From the IMG/VR virus record IMGVR_UViG_2061766007_001347: DNA of 64,000 nt. One strand, written 5' to 3'. The DNA comes from an uncultured virus (IMG/VR IMGVR_UViG_2061766007_001347). Its lineage: Duplodnaviria > Heunggongvirae > Uroviricota > Caudoviricetes. Shown one piece after another: positions 63,688 to 64,000 of the stretch. Below the pieces are notes generated by a model. The model was given only the letters and a program-made list of their open reading frames with translations, ran no database searches and was not told where the DNA came from. Made by a program: the position numbers and the translations under genes. Position 1 is the first letter of the stretch. Each line of letters starts with the position of its first letter.

Positions 63688-64000
63688 ATTTTATTCTCCA
63701 TTTAAGAATTACCAATTATCATCAATCTTGCCAATACCACTATGTAATCTTACATTAGATATTGCTGGTGACTGAGTAAATCCGCCATTTAACATGCTTG
63801 TCTTAAATGCAAGCATTATGTTATTTATATTGTAGTAATCATCTTCACTCTCTGGTATACGATACATTATATCTTCACGCGTAGCTTCTACTGTATATGG
63901 AGTACCATCTGTATTACAGAGTTTGAAGTAAGCAAATCCAATTAGTCTCTCATTTGATAGTGTTGTGCCTTCCTTACCACCGCTTGAGTAGTCACCAGTC

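Noticed and set aside
1356..63758. Most plus-strand ORFs in the track
   Set aside because: They are antisense shadows of minus-strand genes, tRNAs or repeat blocks, with no SD or protein-like motifs.
1..64000. Stop-codon recoding as in some jumbo phages
   Set aside because: Long genes are intact in the standard code, TAG and TGA end genes at sensible boundaries, and no suppressor tRNA was found.

Overview
AT-rich fragment of a large (jumbo-type) tailed-phage genome from a gapped, probably metagenomic scaffold, using the standard genetic code. About 170 mostly small ORFs lie on the minus strand, typical of an early/accessory region. Recognisable products: RtcB, an Rnl2/DRB0094-type RNA ligase, two metallophosphoesterases, an HD hydrolase, an HNH/Zn protein, an HslV-like Ntn peptidase, a divergent sigma-70-like protein, two amidoligases, a dCMP deaminase fusion, two P-loop proteins and a minimal SSB. 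Two non-coding systems stand out. (1) About 45 dispersed copies of a promoter element whose predicted transcript starts with a hairpin that has a co-varying stem and a conserved GGA-AUGGN-UCC apex. (2) A ~2.1 kb tRNA operon (55003-57133) that mixes 14 canonical tRNAs, including rare Ile-UAU and Pro-AGG, with anticodon-disrupted tRNA-like RNAs. One of these is a 173-nt double-headed RNA with a circularly permuted second tRNA elbow in place of the anticodon loop. The N-gapped block ~41153-58890 has its own promoter dialect and many homologues of genes on the flanks, so it may come from a second, related phage (scaffold chimera or recombinant). All protein calls come from motif reading by eye, and no searches were run.
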